Assembly: GCA_040880105.1 (NCBI GenBank) | Contig: JBBDJA010000001.1 | Location: forward strand, 130,390-194,389 | Direction: 5' to 3' | Source of the DNA: Waddliaceae bacterium | Lineage (GTDB): Bacteria; Chlamydiota; Chlamydiia; Chlamydiales; SLOH01 | Length of the DNA stretch: 64,000 nt | Shown here: piece by piece, positions 27,933 to 38,360 of the stretch | Numbering within the stretch: the first letter of the stretch is position 1 | How the letters are laid out: the number at the start of each line of letters is the position of its first letter | Translations under genes and position numbers: made by a program | The notes under the pieces: model-generated | What the model saw: only the letters and a program-made list of their open reading frames with translations | What the model was told of the DNA's origin: nothing | Databases searched by the model: none

Positions 27933-29430
27933 CTTGCTTTTCTTCGCTCTTGGAATCGTCGTTTCTTTTTTATACTATCGCAAAAAACTTGGTCATCTGG
28001 ATCAATTAGCTCAAACAATTCTTCAAAGAGCCGAGCTTGAGGCAGATGAGACAATCGCATCGGCTAAAGTTGAAGCTAAAAAGTTTCAACTCGAAGAGCA
28101 TCGCGCATTAGAAATCAAACGAGCTGCATTTGACAATCGCATGGAAAAATCGCAAAACAGGTTGCATGATAGAGAAGACAGGCTTAATGAGCTTGAAAGT
28201 GAAATGGATCGAAGAGAAAAGCGATTACGCATCGAGTCCCATGATATTGATCAGCGTGCAGATGTTCTTACTCAAACGGAGTTTGAGTTAGTCAAGCAGT
28301 TAGAGCGCGCAGCGTCTTTGACTAAAGATGATGCGAAACAGGAGCTGATGAAGTGTTTTAATCGCGAACTTGAAGAAGAGACTCGTCGCTCCTTATCACG
28401 ACATCAGGAACAACTCAATCTTATCAAAGAGGAAAAATCAGCCTCTATCTTGTCGACTGTAATCGGTCGTATTTCCACACAATTCGTGTCACAGCGAACA
28501 ACTCAAACAATTGCTATACCGAGCGATGATTTAAAGGGGCGCTTGATCGGCAGAGAGGGAAGAAATATTCGCACTCTTGAACATGAATGCGGTGTGAATG
28601 TGATCATCGATGACAAGGCGCGCTGTGTTCAAATCTCATGTTTTGATCCTATTCGACTCTTTATCGCAAAGAAAGCAATTAATGAATTGTTTTCTGACGG
28701 ACGCATCCACCCGACCAAAATACGGGCAGTCATTGAGGACGCAAGACGATCGATTCCTAATAAAATTCTAAAAGAGGGGGAGAAAGCCGCGTCCCTTGCC
28801 GGTGTCTTTGGCTTGCATATTGAGCTTATAAAACAATTGGGCGCCCTTCACTTTCAGAGCAGTTTAGGACAAAACGTACTTCAGCATTCAGTTGAGGTGA
28901 GCCAAATCATGGCTCTTCTTGCTTCAGAGCTGCAACTAGACAGCAAGCTTGCTGCCCGCATCGGACTTCTACATGATATTGGAAAGGCATCTTCAGCAGT
29001 GGATCGCTCACACGCGCTTGCCGGATATGACTTTGCAATCAAATACGGTGAAGGTGAAAAAGTTGCAAATGGGATCGGTTGTCACCACTTTGAAATGACT
29101 CCTCAAACAATTGAAGGCAGCTTATGCGCAACTGCCGACGCGATTTCTGCCGCTCGTCCGGGCGCCCGAATTGAGGCGATTGAAGAGTATATTAAACGCA
29201 ACGAAGAACTGGAGAAAATTGCCATCTCATGCGAAGGAGTGGAAAAAGCTCACGCGCTGCAAGCGGGTCGAGAGCTCCGAGTTATTGTTTCAGCCAATCT
29301 CGTATCAGAGGCTAGGGCGCCTCTACTTGCAAGAGAAATAGCAAAAAAGGTGGAAGAGACTCTTTCATATCCAGGTCGAATCCAGGTGACAGTCTCTCGG
29401 GAAAAAAATATCGTCGAATATGCCTATTAG
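27919..29430 (+). CDS. rny: Ribonuclease Y
   Basis: N-terminal TM, coiled coil, KH motif GREGRNIRTLE and HD motif LLHDIGKA. The start is uncertain (27895, 27904 or 27919), and all options overlap the corC-like stop. Confidence 0.85.
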   Translation: MTTVNLLFFALGIVVSFLYYRKKLGHLDQLAQTILQRAELEADETIASAKVEAKKFQLEEHRALEIKRAAFDNRMEKSQNRLHDREDRLNELESEMDRREKRLRIESHDIDQRADVLTQTEFELVKQLERAASLTKDDAKQELMKCFNRELEEETRRSLSRHQEQLNLIKEEKSASILSTVIGRISTQFVSQRTTQTIAIPSDDLKGRLIGREGRNIRTLEHECGVNVIIDDKARCVQISCFDPIRLFIAKKAINELFSDGRIHPTKIRAVIEDARRSIPNKILKEGEKAASLAGVFGLHIELIKQLGALHFQSSLGQNVLQHSVEVSQIMALLASELQLDSKLAARIGLLHDIGKASSAVDRSHALAGYDFAIKYGEGEKVANGIGCHHFEMTPQTIEGSLCATADAISAARPGARIEAIEEYIKRNEELEKIAISCEGVEKAHALQAGRELRVIVSANLVSEARAPLLAREIAKKVEETLSYPGRIQVTVSREKNIVEYAY

Positions 29431-29587
29431 TACATATTTGAACATTTGTTTTTTTACCTGCTTATGATTTTTAAGCATACGTTTTGGAGACTAATCGCGA
29501 ATAATAAAACCTTTAAACAATTCCCCTTGCCAAAAGTGACTTGGCCTTGTAAAATCTTGTCAATTAGTACTGAGGAGAGAATATTCT

Positions 29588-31489
29588 ATGGCGCGATCGA
29601 TATGCTACTGCGAACCAAAAGCTGCATTTGCGGGTGAGTCTAACACTTGGCATTTTATTTATAAAACATCTGTAAAGCTTCAGAAGGGAACGATATTACG
29701 ATTTGATTTATTTAGCGACGGACGTGAAATAGATTGGGAAATTCCAAGCGTAAAACCGAAAGCGACAAAAAATGTCATTTATGGACTCCTGGGTTCAAAA
29801 AAGATCTATCCAACTGAAAGCGAGATCGCTGAGAGCTTCACTCCCGTCTATGATTTTGTATTGCCGACTGTTGTCAAGCCGGACGAAACATTTACAATTG
29901 TCATCGGATCGCCCAACGCAAAACAGCTTGTGAGTCAAGGAACAACAGCTCAGACCTACACCCAAAGAAGAAGAGTGTTTCATCTTTATGTCGACACATC
30001 GGGCAAAGGCAAATTTGGCGACCCTGAGGTCTTCACTATGGATATTAGAGGAGGTCCATTACACAATATAAAGCTCTTTGCTCCTTCGATTGTCTTCAAA
30101 AATAAGCGTTTTGATTTAATGGTACGTTTTGAAGATGAGTTTGGTAATCTTACGGGAAAAGCTGACGAAGACACTTTAATTGAGCTCTCATACGCTCAGC
30201 TTCGCGAAAATTTAAATTGGCAAATCTTCGTACCGGATACAGGGTTTTTAACTATACCCAACCTATATTTTAACGATGAAGACACATACGTCATTTGTTT
30301 AAGGAACACAAAAACTAAAGAAGAATTTCACTCAAAGCCGATCAAGTGCTTTGCTACACCGAATCATAGTCTATTTTGGGGTCAGCTCCATGGCGAATCG
30401 GAAAAGGTCGATTCGACAGAAAATATTGAAAACTGCTTAAGACATCTGCGTGATGATGATTTTTTCCAATTCTTTGCGGCCTCGCCTTTTGCAAACCAGG
30501 AAGAAACCTCAAACGATATCTGGAAGTTGATCCAACAAAACATCTCCGAATTTGATGAAGGAGAGCGATTTGTTACATTTCAAGGATTTCAATGGGTAGG
30601 GAAGCCAAAGGAAGAGGGAGTTCGGCAATTTCTTCATGCAAAAGATAGTCGTCAGCTCATTCGCTACGATGAAGGGAAAGGACAATCGTTAAAAAAAATA
30701 TATAAAGGCTTTGCGCCCAAAGAGTGCATTTCCATCCCGACATTTACCATGGCTAAAGGGTTTGAATACGATTTTAAGGATTTCAATCCTGAATTTGAGC
30801 GTGTGGTTGAGATCTATAATGCGTGGGGAAGTTCTGAGACGACGGCAAAAAGTGGTAACTCATTTCCTATCCACAACAAAAAGAAAACAGGCGTGAACGA
30901 GGTTGCTGAAGGATCCATTATCAAAGCTTTAAATCAAAATAAAAGGTTCGGTTTTGTTGCAGGAGGTCTTGACGATCGCGGAATTTACAGTAGCTTCTAC
31001 GAAGATGAACAAGAGCAGTATTTTCCGGGATATACCGGGATTTTTTCCGAGCACTTAACGAGAAGCTCGCTTTTCGATGCGCTGTATAATAGACGGTGCT
31101 ACGCTACAACAGGGGAGCGGATGATTCTTGTCTTTTCCATAGCGGGTGCACCGATGGGAAGTGAGCTGACAACTGCAGAAAAACCGGGTTTAATCGTAAA
31201 TCGCCATATCAAAGCATATGCAGCCGGAACATGTAAATTAAAAACTATTGAGCTTGTTAGAGGTGGCGATGTCATCCATACAGTCAAACCTGATCTCTAT
31301 CACCATGAATTTTCCTATGACGACTTGGTCGATATCAATACGATAGCTTTAAGTCCTCAATCAAAAGAGTCTCCTTTCCTTTATTACTATCTTCGTGTAA
31401 CCCAAGAGGATGGAAATATGGCATGGAGCTCTCCAATATGGATTGATGTAGAGGAGACAAGCTTGAAAAGTAAACCAAGGAAAAAATGA
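29588..31489 (+). CDS. Hypothetical protein, possibly DUF3604/PHP-like
   Basis: LFWGQLHGESE and C-terminal RCYATTGERMILVFSIAGAPMG resemble the first and last blocks of DUF3604/PHP-fold proteins. This is recognition only. Confidence 0.4.
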   Translation: MARSICYCEPKAAFAGESNTWHFIYKTSVKLQKGTILRFDLFSDGREIDWEIPSVKPKATKNVIYGLLGSKKIYPTESEIAESFTPVYDFVLPTVVKPDETFTIVIGSPNAKQLVSQGTTAQTYTQRRRVFHLYVDTSGKGKFGDPEVFTMDIRGGPLHNIKLFAPSIVFKNKRFDLMVRFEDEFGNLTGKADEDTLIELSYAQLRENLNWQIFVPDTGFLTIPNLYFNDEDTYVICLRNTKTKEEFHSKPIKCFATPNHSLFWGQLHGESEKVDSTENIENCLRHLRDDDFFQFFAASPFANQEETSNDIWKLIQQNISEFDEGERFVTFQGFQWVGKPKEEGVRQFLHAKDSRQLIRYDEGKGQSLKKIYKGFAPKECISIPTFTMAKGFEYDFKDFNPEFERVVEIYNAWGSSETTAKSGNSFPIHNKKKTGVNEVAEGSIIKALNQNKRFGFVAGGLDDRGIYSSFYEDEQEQYFPGYTGIFSEHLTRSSLFDALYNRRCYATTGERMILVFSIAGAPMGSELTTAEKPGLIVNRHIKAYAAGTCKLKTIELVRGGDVIHTVKPDLYHHEFSYDDLVDINTIALSPQSKESPFLYYYLRVTQEDGNMAWSSPIWIDVEETSLKSKPRKK

Positions 31490-31740
31490 CAAACACTTTT
31501 TGGGTTACAATTCTGCTGACATTTGTTTTGTGTCTGATAGCGACGTTTTTTCTTGGAATTAGCTATTTTTTAACAGGCAAATCCACTTACCGTGTCGGAA
31601 GATGCGGTAAAAATCCTAAAGAAGAGAGAGACCGCAAAAACAAGGGATGTGGAGATGACCCCACGTGTCCGTTATGTGGAACAAATGACGAAACCTCCAA
31701 AAAATCAGAGGACGATGACGTACCAAAAAAAAGCGCCTGA
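31486..31740 (+). CDS. Small Cys-rich membrane protein, possible NqrM (DUF539)-like maturation factor
   Basis: ATGA overlap with the previous gene. It has one TM, then GKSTYRVGRCG...KGCGDDPTCPLCG (four Cys), a layout like NqrM (TM, then KS..G.CGG, then C.C..C). Confidence 0.35.
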   Translation: MTNTFWVTILLTFVLCLIATFFLGISYFLTGKSTYRVGRCGKNPKEERDRKNKGCGDDPTCPLCGTNDETSKKSEDDDVPKKSA

Positions 31741-32437
31741 ATCAATTAAAGAGATGTTTGGGGCAATTGCCAAAAATTATGACAGAACAAATGCGATCCT
31801 TTCCTTTAAAATGCACAAACACTGGAATATGGAGCTTGCGAAAGCTGTCGCACATAAAAAGGAGGTTCGCGCATTTCTTGACCTTTGTTGTGGAACAGGT
31901 GAAATTGCATTTAACTATGCAAAGCTCAATAACGGCCCGTTTGAACTTCACCTTCTAGACTTCACACCCGAGATGCTCGATATTGCAAAGGCAAAAGCAA
32001 AAAAGCTATGTCTTGATGGTCAGCGTATCCATTATATTCAATCAGACGCCCAAAAAATTCCACTTCCCGATGAGGTTATCGATTGTGTGACAATTTCTTA
32101 CGGAATTCGAAATGTGAGTAACCCGAGCCTTTGCATCAAAGAAGCGTTTCGTGTGCTTCGTCCCGGAGGGTTGATGGGAATTTTAGAGCTGACCCGCCCG
32201 AAAAATCCATTTTTGAAACTCGGTCATACGATCTATTTAAAGACAATCCTACCTATCCTGGGTAAGCTCATGACTTCAAATACAAAGGCTTATCACTATC
32301 TTAGTCAAAGTATACAGTCTTTTCAAACTCCAGAAAACTTAAAAAGGCTAATGGAAGAAGAGGGCTTTAATCCGGTGACGACAAAAAAACTCTCGGGAGG
32401 GATTGCGACAATTGTTCTTGGAACAAAGCCTGTTTAA
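31715..32437 (+). CDS. ubiE: Demethylmenaquinone/ubiquinone C-methyltransferase (UbiE/MenG family)
   Basis: MFGAIAKNYDRTNAILSF...HWN N-terminal block and SAM site LDLCCGTGE. Start chosen at ATG 31715. The track ORF extends to 31592. Confidence 0.8.
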   Translation: MTYQKKAPESIKEMFGAIAKNYDRTNAILSFKMHKHWNMELAKAVAHKKEVRAFLDLCCGTGEIAFNYAKLNNGPFELHLLDFTPEMLDIAKAKAKKLCLDGQRIHYIQSDAQKIPLPDEVIDCVTISYGIRNVSNPSLCIKEAFRVLRPGGLMGILELTRPKNPFLKLGHTIYLKTILPILGKLMTSNTKAYHYLSQSIQSFQTPENLKRLMEEEGFNPVTTKKLSGGIATIVLGTKPV

Positions 32438-32566
32438 ATTCACTATCGCTCGATATCTCTGATATTTTCAGTCGTATTTTGCAATGAACATGCGATAAAA
32501 TAAACAGTATAAATATTATTCTTATTCACTATTTTGATATAATGCTCGGCTATTAAAGGAAATTAC

Positions 32567-33910
32567 ATGTCTGCACTAGAATGGATTAATCAGATACGAA
32601 ATTGGGTTTGGGGGCTTCCTCTTTTACTTCTTTTGCTGGGCACCGGTATCTATCTTACGATCATCCTTAAAGGCGTGCAGTTTCGTTATCTCGGTTACGC
32701 TTTAAAAGAGGTGTTTAAAAAAAAGCCAAAAGGAGCAGAAGGGGATATCAACCATTTCGAGGCCCTTATGACAACACTTGCGGGGGCGATAGGAACCGGC
32801 GCCATTGTAGGGGTGACAACAGCGATTTGCCTCGGAGGTTTTGGAGCGATTTTTTGGATGTGGGTCACGGCAATTTTAGGAATGGCTACTAAATATGCAG
32901 AATCCCTTCTAGCTGTAAAATACCGGGAGAAAGATAAGTTTGGTGAGATGATCGGCGGTCCAATGGAGTACATAGAAAAGGGCCTCGGATTAAAATGGCT
33001 TGCCTCGATATTTGCAGGCTTTGGAATGCTTGCAGCTATTGGAACGGGAAATCTTGTGCAAGTCAATTCGATTGCAGACGCTATTGTATCGGTATGGCAT
33101 ATCAACCCATGGATTACAGGCGTTATAGTTTCTCTAATTACAGCACTTGTCATTCTAGGCGGCGTTAAGAGTATTGGACATGTGGCAGGTGTCCTTGTTC
33201 CTGCTATGGCACTTTTTTATATGATCGGTGGATTTGTCATTCTAGCTATGAATTTCACTAAAATACCCGGCGCTTTTGCCCTCATTTTTGAAGGCGCATT
33301 TACCGGCAATGCCGCATGCGGGGGCGTTGTAGGTGCGGGTCTTATGCTCACGATTCAAACAGGTGTTGCAAGAAGTGTTTTCTCAAATGAAGCGGGGCTT
33401 GGAATTTCATCTATTGCCGCTGCAGCCGCACAAACGGACTCTCCGTGCAGACAAGCCTTGATTACAATGACCGGGGCTTTACTGTCCACAATGATTATTT
33501 GCACAATGACCGGACTTGTACTTGCTGTGACAGGGGTATTTGATTCCCAGCCACTTGTCGGACAGACATTAAACGGAGCTAGCCTTACCATTGCCGCCTT
33601 TAACTCCTCATTTAATGGGGGAAGCTATATTGTTTCGATCGGTTTAATTCTGTTTGCATTTTCAACGATTTTAGCTTGGGGCTATTATGGAGAGAAATGC
33701 TGCGAGTATCTTTTAGGGGAGCGTGCAATCCTCCCTTATCGTATTTTTTTCATTATCATTATTATTCCGGCCGCAGCCATTGAAATGGAGTTGGCTTGGT
33801 ATCTAGCGGATATCTCCAATGGTCTAATGGCAATTCCAAACCTGATCGCTCTTTTAGGCCTTTCTTCTGTAATCATATCCGAAACTAAAAAGTTTTTAAT
33901 AGATTCATGA
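32567..33910 (+). CDS. Alanine/glycine:cation symporter (AGCS family), paralog 1
   Basis: Signature FWMWVTAILGMATKYAE and SNEAGLG. About 11 TM. Confidence 0.85.
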   Translation: MSALEWINQIRNWVWGLPLLLLLLGTGIYLTIILKGVQFRYLGYALKEVFKKKPKGAEGDINHFEALMTTLAGAIGTGAIVGVTTAICLGGFGAIFWMWVTAILGMATKYAESLLAVKYREKDKFGEMIGGPMEYIEKGLGLKWLASIFAGFGMLAAIGTGNLVQVNSIADAIVSVWHINPWITGVIVSLITALVILGGVKSIGHVAGVLVPAMALFYMIGGFVILAMNFTKIPGAFALIFEGAFTGNAACGGVVGAGLMLTIQTGVARSVFSNEAGLGISSIAAAAAQTDSPCRQALITMTGALLSTMIICTMTGLVLAVTGVFDSQPLVGQTLNGASLTIAAFNSSFNGGSYIVSIGLILFAFSTILAWGYYGEKCCEYLLGERAILPYRIFFIIIIIPAAAIEMELAWYLADISNGLMAIPNLIALLGLSSVIISETKKFLIDS

Positions 33911-35283
33911 AATTTATCAACATTTTATATGAAATTATCTGGGGGCCTCCTCTATTAATTGCAATTGTTGCAACAGGTATCATGTTAACGTACTCATTGC
34001 GGGGATTGCAGTTTCGATACTTTAAATTGGCATTGCAATTATTAATCAAAGGAAGCTCTAAAAGCAAAAAGCAAGGCGATATTCGACCCTTTCAATCCTT
34101 AATGACAAATATGGCAGGTACAATTGGCATAGGAAACTTAGCAGGTGTGGCAACAGCACTTGCTGTTGGTGGACTCGGCTCTCTTTTTTGGATGTGGGTC
34201 ACAGCATGCATAGGAATGGCGACACTCTATTCCGAGGCCTTTCTTGCGGTTAAGTATCGTGTCAAAGATAAAAGAGGTGAGATGTGCGGGGGGCCGATGT
34301 ATGTAATCTCTCGGGGTTTAAACAACCATAAGCTCGCCTTTCTGTTTGCTCTCCTCGGATCGTTTGCGGCATTCGGCGGTGGAAACCTCATTCAAGCAAA
34401 TAGTGTAGCTGATGTCATGCAACGGGTTTTCTTAATTCCGAACTACCTTACGGCCATTGTTTTGTTTATTATTATTGCCTCTATTTTACTTGGAGGAATT
34501 AAAAGTATTGGAAAGGTAGCGTCAATTTTAGTTCCGTTAATGGGGATATTGTACCTCACATGCGGATGTGTGATTCTTGCGTTTCATTTGGATCAAATAC
34601 CATCAGCGATTTTCCTCATCATCAAAAGTGCATTTACCGGTCAAGCGGCTTTTGGGGGGTTTGCGGGAAGTTCAATGATCACGGCGATGCAAACGGGCGT
34701 CTGCCGGGGAGTGATGACAACAGAGGCGGGTCTTGGAACAGCGGGGATTGTCGCTGCTGCTGCTAAGACAGATAGTCCTGAGGGTCAGGGTTTAATTTCA
34801 ATGACCGGAAGCTTTTTCTCAACCCTACTAATTTGTACGATCACGGGACTAGTGTTAACAGTTACCGACGCTTTTGGTCAAGTCGACATCAACGGAAAGC
34901 TCTTGAACGGCGCCTCTATGACAGTTGCCGCGTTTAACTCAACCCTTCCCTATGGCGGTGAGATCGTTGCAGTTTCACTTCTTCTATTTGCTCTGACAAC
35001 AATTTTAGCTTGGGGCTACTATGGAGAAAAGTGTTTAGAATATATCCTGGGTGAAAACTCGGTTGTTCTCTATCGAACCATCTTTTGCATCGTACTTATC
35101 CCCGGGGCTCTTTTAGATCTTGAACTCGTATGGAAGATCTCAGATATCACAAATGGCCTGATGGCGATTCCAAACCTAATCGGAATCTTTCTTTTAGCCA
35201 AAGTGGTTGTGAAACAAACCGCTCAATTCCTGCAAGAAAACCACAGCGAAGAGAAAACTGTAAGCGAAGGAACCCTTGGATAA
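33907..35283 (+). CDS. Alanine/glycine:cation symporter (AGCS family), paralog 2
   Basis: ATGA overlap with paralog 1. FWMWVTACIGMATLYSE and TTEAGLG. Confidence 0.85.
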   Translation: MKFINILYEIIWGPPLLIAIVATGIMLTYSLRGLQFRYFKLALQLLIKGSSKSKKQGDIRPFQSLMTNMAGTIGIGNLAGVATALAVGGLGSLFWMWVTACIGMATLYSEAFLAVKYRVKDKRGEMCGGPMYVISRGLNNHKLAFLFALLGSFAAFGGGNLIQANSVADVMQRVFLIPNYLTAIVLFIIIASILLGGIKSIGKVASILVPLMGILYLTCGCVILAFHLDQIPSAIFLIIKSAFTGQAAFGGFAGSSMITAMQTGVCRGVMTTEAGLGTAGIVAAAAKTDSPEGQGLISMTGSFFSTLLICTITGLVLTVTDAFGQVDINGKLLNGASMTVAAFNSTLPYGGEIVAVSLLLFALTTILAWGYYGEKCLEYILGENSVVLYRTIFCIVLIPGALLDLELVWKISDITNGLMAIPNLIGIFLLAKVVVKQTAQFLQENHSEEKTVSEGTLG

Positions 35284-35310
35284 CTTAGGGGTTCCATTTA
35301 ACTTTGCACA

Positions 35311-38157
35311 TCAAACGAGCTGAGGAAGTTTTTGGTTAATTTCCTCTAGCCTATGCACAGCTTTCTCAAGTAGAAGCTGTTTACTTTCAACAAGTTCTTT
35401 TGGCGCTCTAGAAATAAAATCTTCATTGGATAACTGTTTCTTCATTTTTTCAATGGAATCAACTGTTTTGAGCTTCTCTTTTTCCAATCTTACTCTTTCC
35501 TGCGCTTTAAACTCGTCTGACATTGGAATCACAACTTCAAGATCTCCGATGCGCACATGCGAGGCAAGACCCAGATTGTCAGCGTTTGTAGCAAATCGTA
35601 AAGTCGATCTACGATTAAGCGCTTCAATCAAAGATAGGTTGTCTTTTACTATGGAGCTGTCAGCGCCCACAATATAGACATCCACATCGGCTTGGAGTGG
35701 AATTTTCATTTCGCCACGGATATTGCGAATGGCATAAATGATTTCGCTGATGAAGTTGAAAGTTGTCTCTACATTGGTTGAAACATCTTGCGCATTGATC
35801 AAAGTCGGATAGGGTGAAACAATGCAAGCCGATGAACGAATCGCCTTTGAGAATCTCTCCGTATAAGAATCCTTATCAACGATTTCCGGAAGATTTTTAT
35901 AATGCGACTTAATCTGTTGAAAGAGCTCCTCTGTAATAAAAGGTGCCATCGGGTGGATCAGTTGCACGGCATTCAGTAAAACATATGCCAAAACTTTTTG
36001 GCAGTTTTTTCGATCTTCACGCTCTCCAACTTTTCCAAAGAGGGTCGGCTTTGCAATCTCAACATAATAGGCGCAAAACTCTTTCCAGTAAAACTCGTAG
36101 GCTAGAGTAGCTGCGCGATCAAACTCATAGAGAGAGAGCGCTTTATTCACCTCAACAATTGTGCGATTTAAACGACATAAAATCCAGCGGTCAGCAAGTG
36201 TGAGTTTGGAGTCATTAAGACCTTCTTGAATATCAGCTTCGGTTAAGGGATCTTCACCCAACAGATTCATTAACACAAAGCGTGCGCCGTTCCATATTTT
36301 ATTTGCGAAATTTTTATAGTCTTCAAAACGGCGGCGATCCAGATCAATTTGCCAAGAATGTGTCGCACTTGCGGTTAGTGCCATGCGAACTGCGTCTGTG
36401 CCGTACTGCTCGATCATTTCAAGGGGGTCAATAATATTACCCTTTGATTTAGACATTTTTTCCCACTTCATACGCACATCTTTAGGAACAGGTTTTCCTA
36501 AATCATATTCGACGCGCTCTTTCTCAGGGATGTATTGAATCTGCCCTTCGGCATCTTCCTTCCAGTATGACTTACCAAAAATTAAACTATGTAGATAGAC
36601 TTCGTGAAATGGGACCTCATCAAGGGTGTATTTACCCATCAAAATCATACGGGCAACCCAGAAAAATAAAATATCATGCCCAGTAATTAATGCAGAGTTA
36701 GGGTAAAACCGCTTCCACATCTCCGTTTTTTCCGGCCAGCCTAATGCAGTAAAAGGCCAAAGAGCTGAAGAAAACCACGTATCCAAAACGTCTTCATCTT
36801 GATACCAATCGTCTGGATTTTTCTGAATCTCTTCCGGAATGCCCTCAGCGTCAAAACAGATCATCTCTTCAGGATTTTGTTTATTGTACCAGATTGGGAT
36901 CCGGTGACCCCACCAGAGTTGGCGGCTGATGCACCAATCGCGCAAATTATCTATCCAGTGGAAGTAGGTATTTTCCCAATTTTTCGGAATTAACAGGACC
37001 TCGCTCTCTTCAACAGCCTTTCGCAAGGTGGTTTTGAAGGCGCTCATTTTCACAAACCACTGTTTTGAAAGGTAAGGCTCTATCACAGCTTTTGAGCGAT
37101 AGGAAATGCCTACTCGATGTGAATGAGGCTCAATTTTTTCTAACAGGCCACTTGATTCCATTGCATTAATCACAGCAGTTCTCGCATCTGCCATCGTCAT
37201 CCCGGTGAATGGCGCTCCGTTTTCATTGATGCGACCATTTGGGGTCATTATGTTGATCATAGGAAGATCGTGACGCATTCCGATCTCATAGTCATTTGGA
37301 TCATGCGCAGGAGTGACTTTAACAGCTCCGGTTCCAAATTCAATATCGACAAAAGCATCTGCAATGATTGGGATCGGGCGATTTTGAATGGGAAGTAAAA
37401 CATGCTTGCCAATTAGGTGCTCATAACGCGTGTCTTTAGGGTTAACTGCAACTGCAACATCGCCAAGCATTGTCTCGGGGCGGGTTGTTGCAATTGTCAA
37501 CGTCTCTGCACTATTTTCAATCGGGTAATTAAAATACCAAAGGAAGGACTCTTTATCTTCATGTTCAACTTCATCATCGGCAAGCGCTGTTTCTGTTACA
37601 GGATCCCAATTCACAAGATAATCACCCCTATAAATGAGACCATCGTCATACATCTTTTTAAAGATCTTTCGCACCGCTCGGTTATTTTCGGGATCCATTG
37701 TAAATCGGTGTCGAGACCAGTCACAAGAACATCCGAGTTTTTTCTGTTGGTTAATGATGTTGTCTTGGTTATCTTCCTTCCATTTCCATACGTGGCTTAA
37801 AAACTCTTCTCTAGAAAAATCGCGGCGCCGTTTGCCTGTTTGAGAAAATAGATGACGCTCAACAACAGTTTGGGTCGCGATTCCCGCGTGATCGGTTCCC
37901 GGCACCCAAAGAGCCTCAAATCCAAGCATCCGCTTCCAACGCACAAGCAAATCCTGAATCGTATTCCCAAGAGCGTGGCCGACATGAAGATTTCCGGTGA
38001 CATTTGGGGGTGGCATGACGATGCAATAGGGAGGTTTCTCTGAAGCTGGGTCTGCTTCAAAATAACTGTGTTGCTCCCAAAATGCGTACCATTTTTTATC
38101 AATTGCTTTAGGATCATAGGTTTTAGGTAAATCTTGATTTTCTAAAAATTGTGTCAT
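35311..38157 (-). CDS. valS: Valine--tRNA ligase
   Basis: HIGH-type PPPNVTGNLHVGHAL, KMSKSKGN and a C-terminal coiled coil. Confidence 0.95.
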   Translation of the reverse strand: MTQFLENQDLPKTYDPKAIDKKWYAFWEQHSYFEADPASEKPPYCIVMPPPNVTGNLHVGHALGNTIQDLLVRWKRMLGFEALWVPGTDHAGIATQTVVERHLFSQTGKRRRDFSREEFLSHVWKWKEDNQDNIINQQKKLGCSCDWSRHRFTMDPENNRAVRKIFKKMYDDGLIYRGDYLVNWDPVTETALADDEVEHEDKESFLWYFNYPIENSAETLTIATTRPETMLGDVAVAVNPKDTRYEHLIGKHVLLPIQNRPIPIIADAFVDIEFGTGAVKVTPAHDPNDYEIGMRHDLPMINIMTPNGRINENGAPFTGMTMADARTAVINAMESSGLLEKIEPHSHRVGISYRSKAVIEPYLSKQWFVKMSAFKTTLRKAVEESEVLLIPKNWENTYFHWIDNLRDWCISRQLWWGHRIPIWYNKQNPEEMICFDAEGIPEEIQKNPDDWYQDEDVLDTWFSSALWPFTALGWPEKTEMWKRFYPNSALITGHDILFFWVARMILMGKYTLDEVPFHEVYLHSLIFGKSYWKEDAEGQIQYIPEKERVEYDLGKPVPKDVRMKWEKMSKSKGNIIDPLEMIEQYGTDAVRMALTASATHSWQIDLDRRRFEDYKNFANKIWNGARFVLMNLLGEDPLTEADIQEGLNDSKLTLADRWILCRLNRTIVEVNKALSLYEFDRAATLAYEFYWKEFCAYYVEIAKPTLFGKVGEREDRKNCQKVLAYVLLNAVQLIHPMAPFITEELFQQIKSHYKNLPEIVDKDSYTERFSKAIRSSACIVSPYPTLINAQDVSTNVETTFNFISEIIYAIRNIRGEMKIPLQADVDVYIVGADSSIVKDNLSLIEALNRRSTLRFATNADNLGLASHVRIGDLEVVIPMSDEFKAQERVRLEKEKLKTVDSIEKMKKQLSNEDFISRAPKELVESKQLLLEKAVHRLEEINQKLPQLV

Positions 38158-38360
38158 AAGGAAAAAACCGCTTTCAAATAGTGGTTAATAGTATCAGTTG
38201 GCATGATTCTTGTATAGACAGGAGGTATAGCTTTAATGCCTTTCGATAGAGCCAAAAACCATATGAATTCCCTAGATAAATCAGTTTCTTAAGACAATAT
38301 ATCCCCATTTGGAATGAAATATGCATCAGTTATGGTGGATCATATTGTCTAGGTTTTAAA

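Noticed and set aside
31592-31714. Upstream part of the ubiE track ORF
   Set aside because: It overlaps most of the 84-aa Cys-rich ORF in another frame. UbiE/MenG homologs begin about 10-15 aa before the conserved F..IA..YD block, which favours ATG 31715.
32438-32566. Possible glycine riboswitch upstream of the AGCS symporters
   Set aside because: The leader is AT-rich and lacks the conserved GGAGAG...CACCG-type cores. Only a possible extended -10 (TGATATAAT, 32535-32543) is visible.
32695-33153. Long antisense ORFs inside confident genes (this one plus 12672-13079, 8532-9038, 37417-37800, 42143-42538, 63164-63568, 15451-15783 and many of 60-110 aa)
   Set aside because: They lie opposite to or out of frame with genes carrying clear catalytic motifs. 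They have biased, low-complexity composition and no SD-like sequences. They are typical shadow ORFs.
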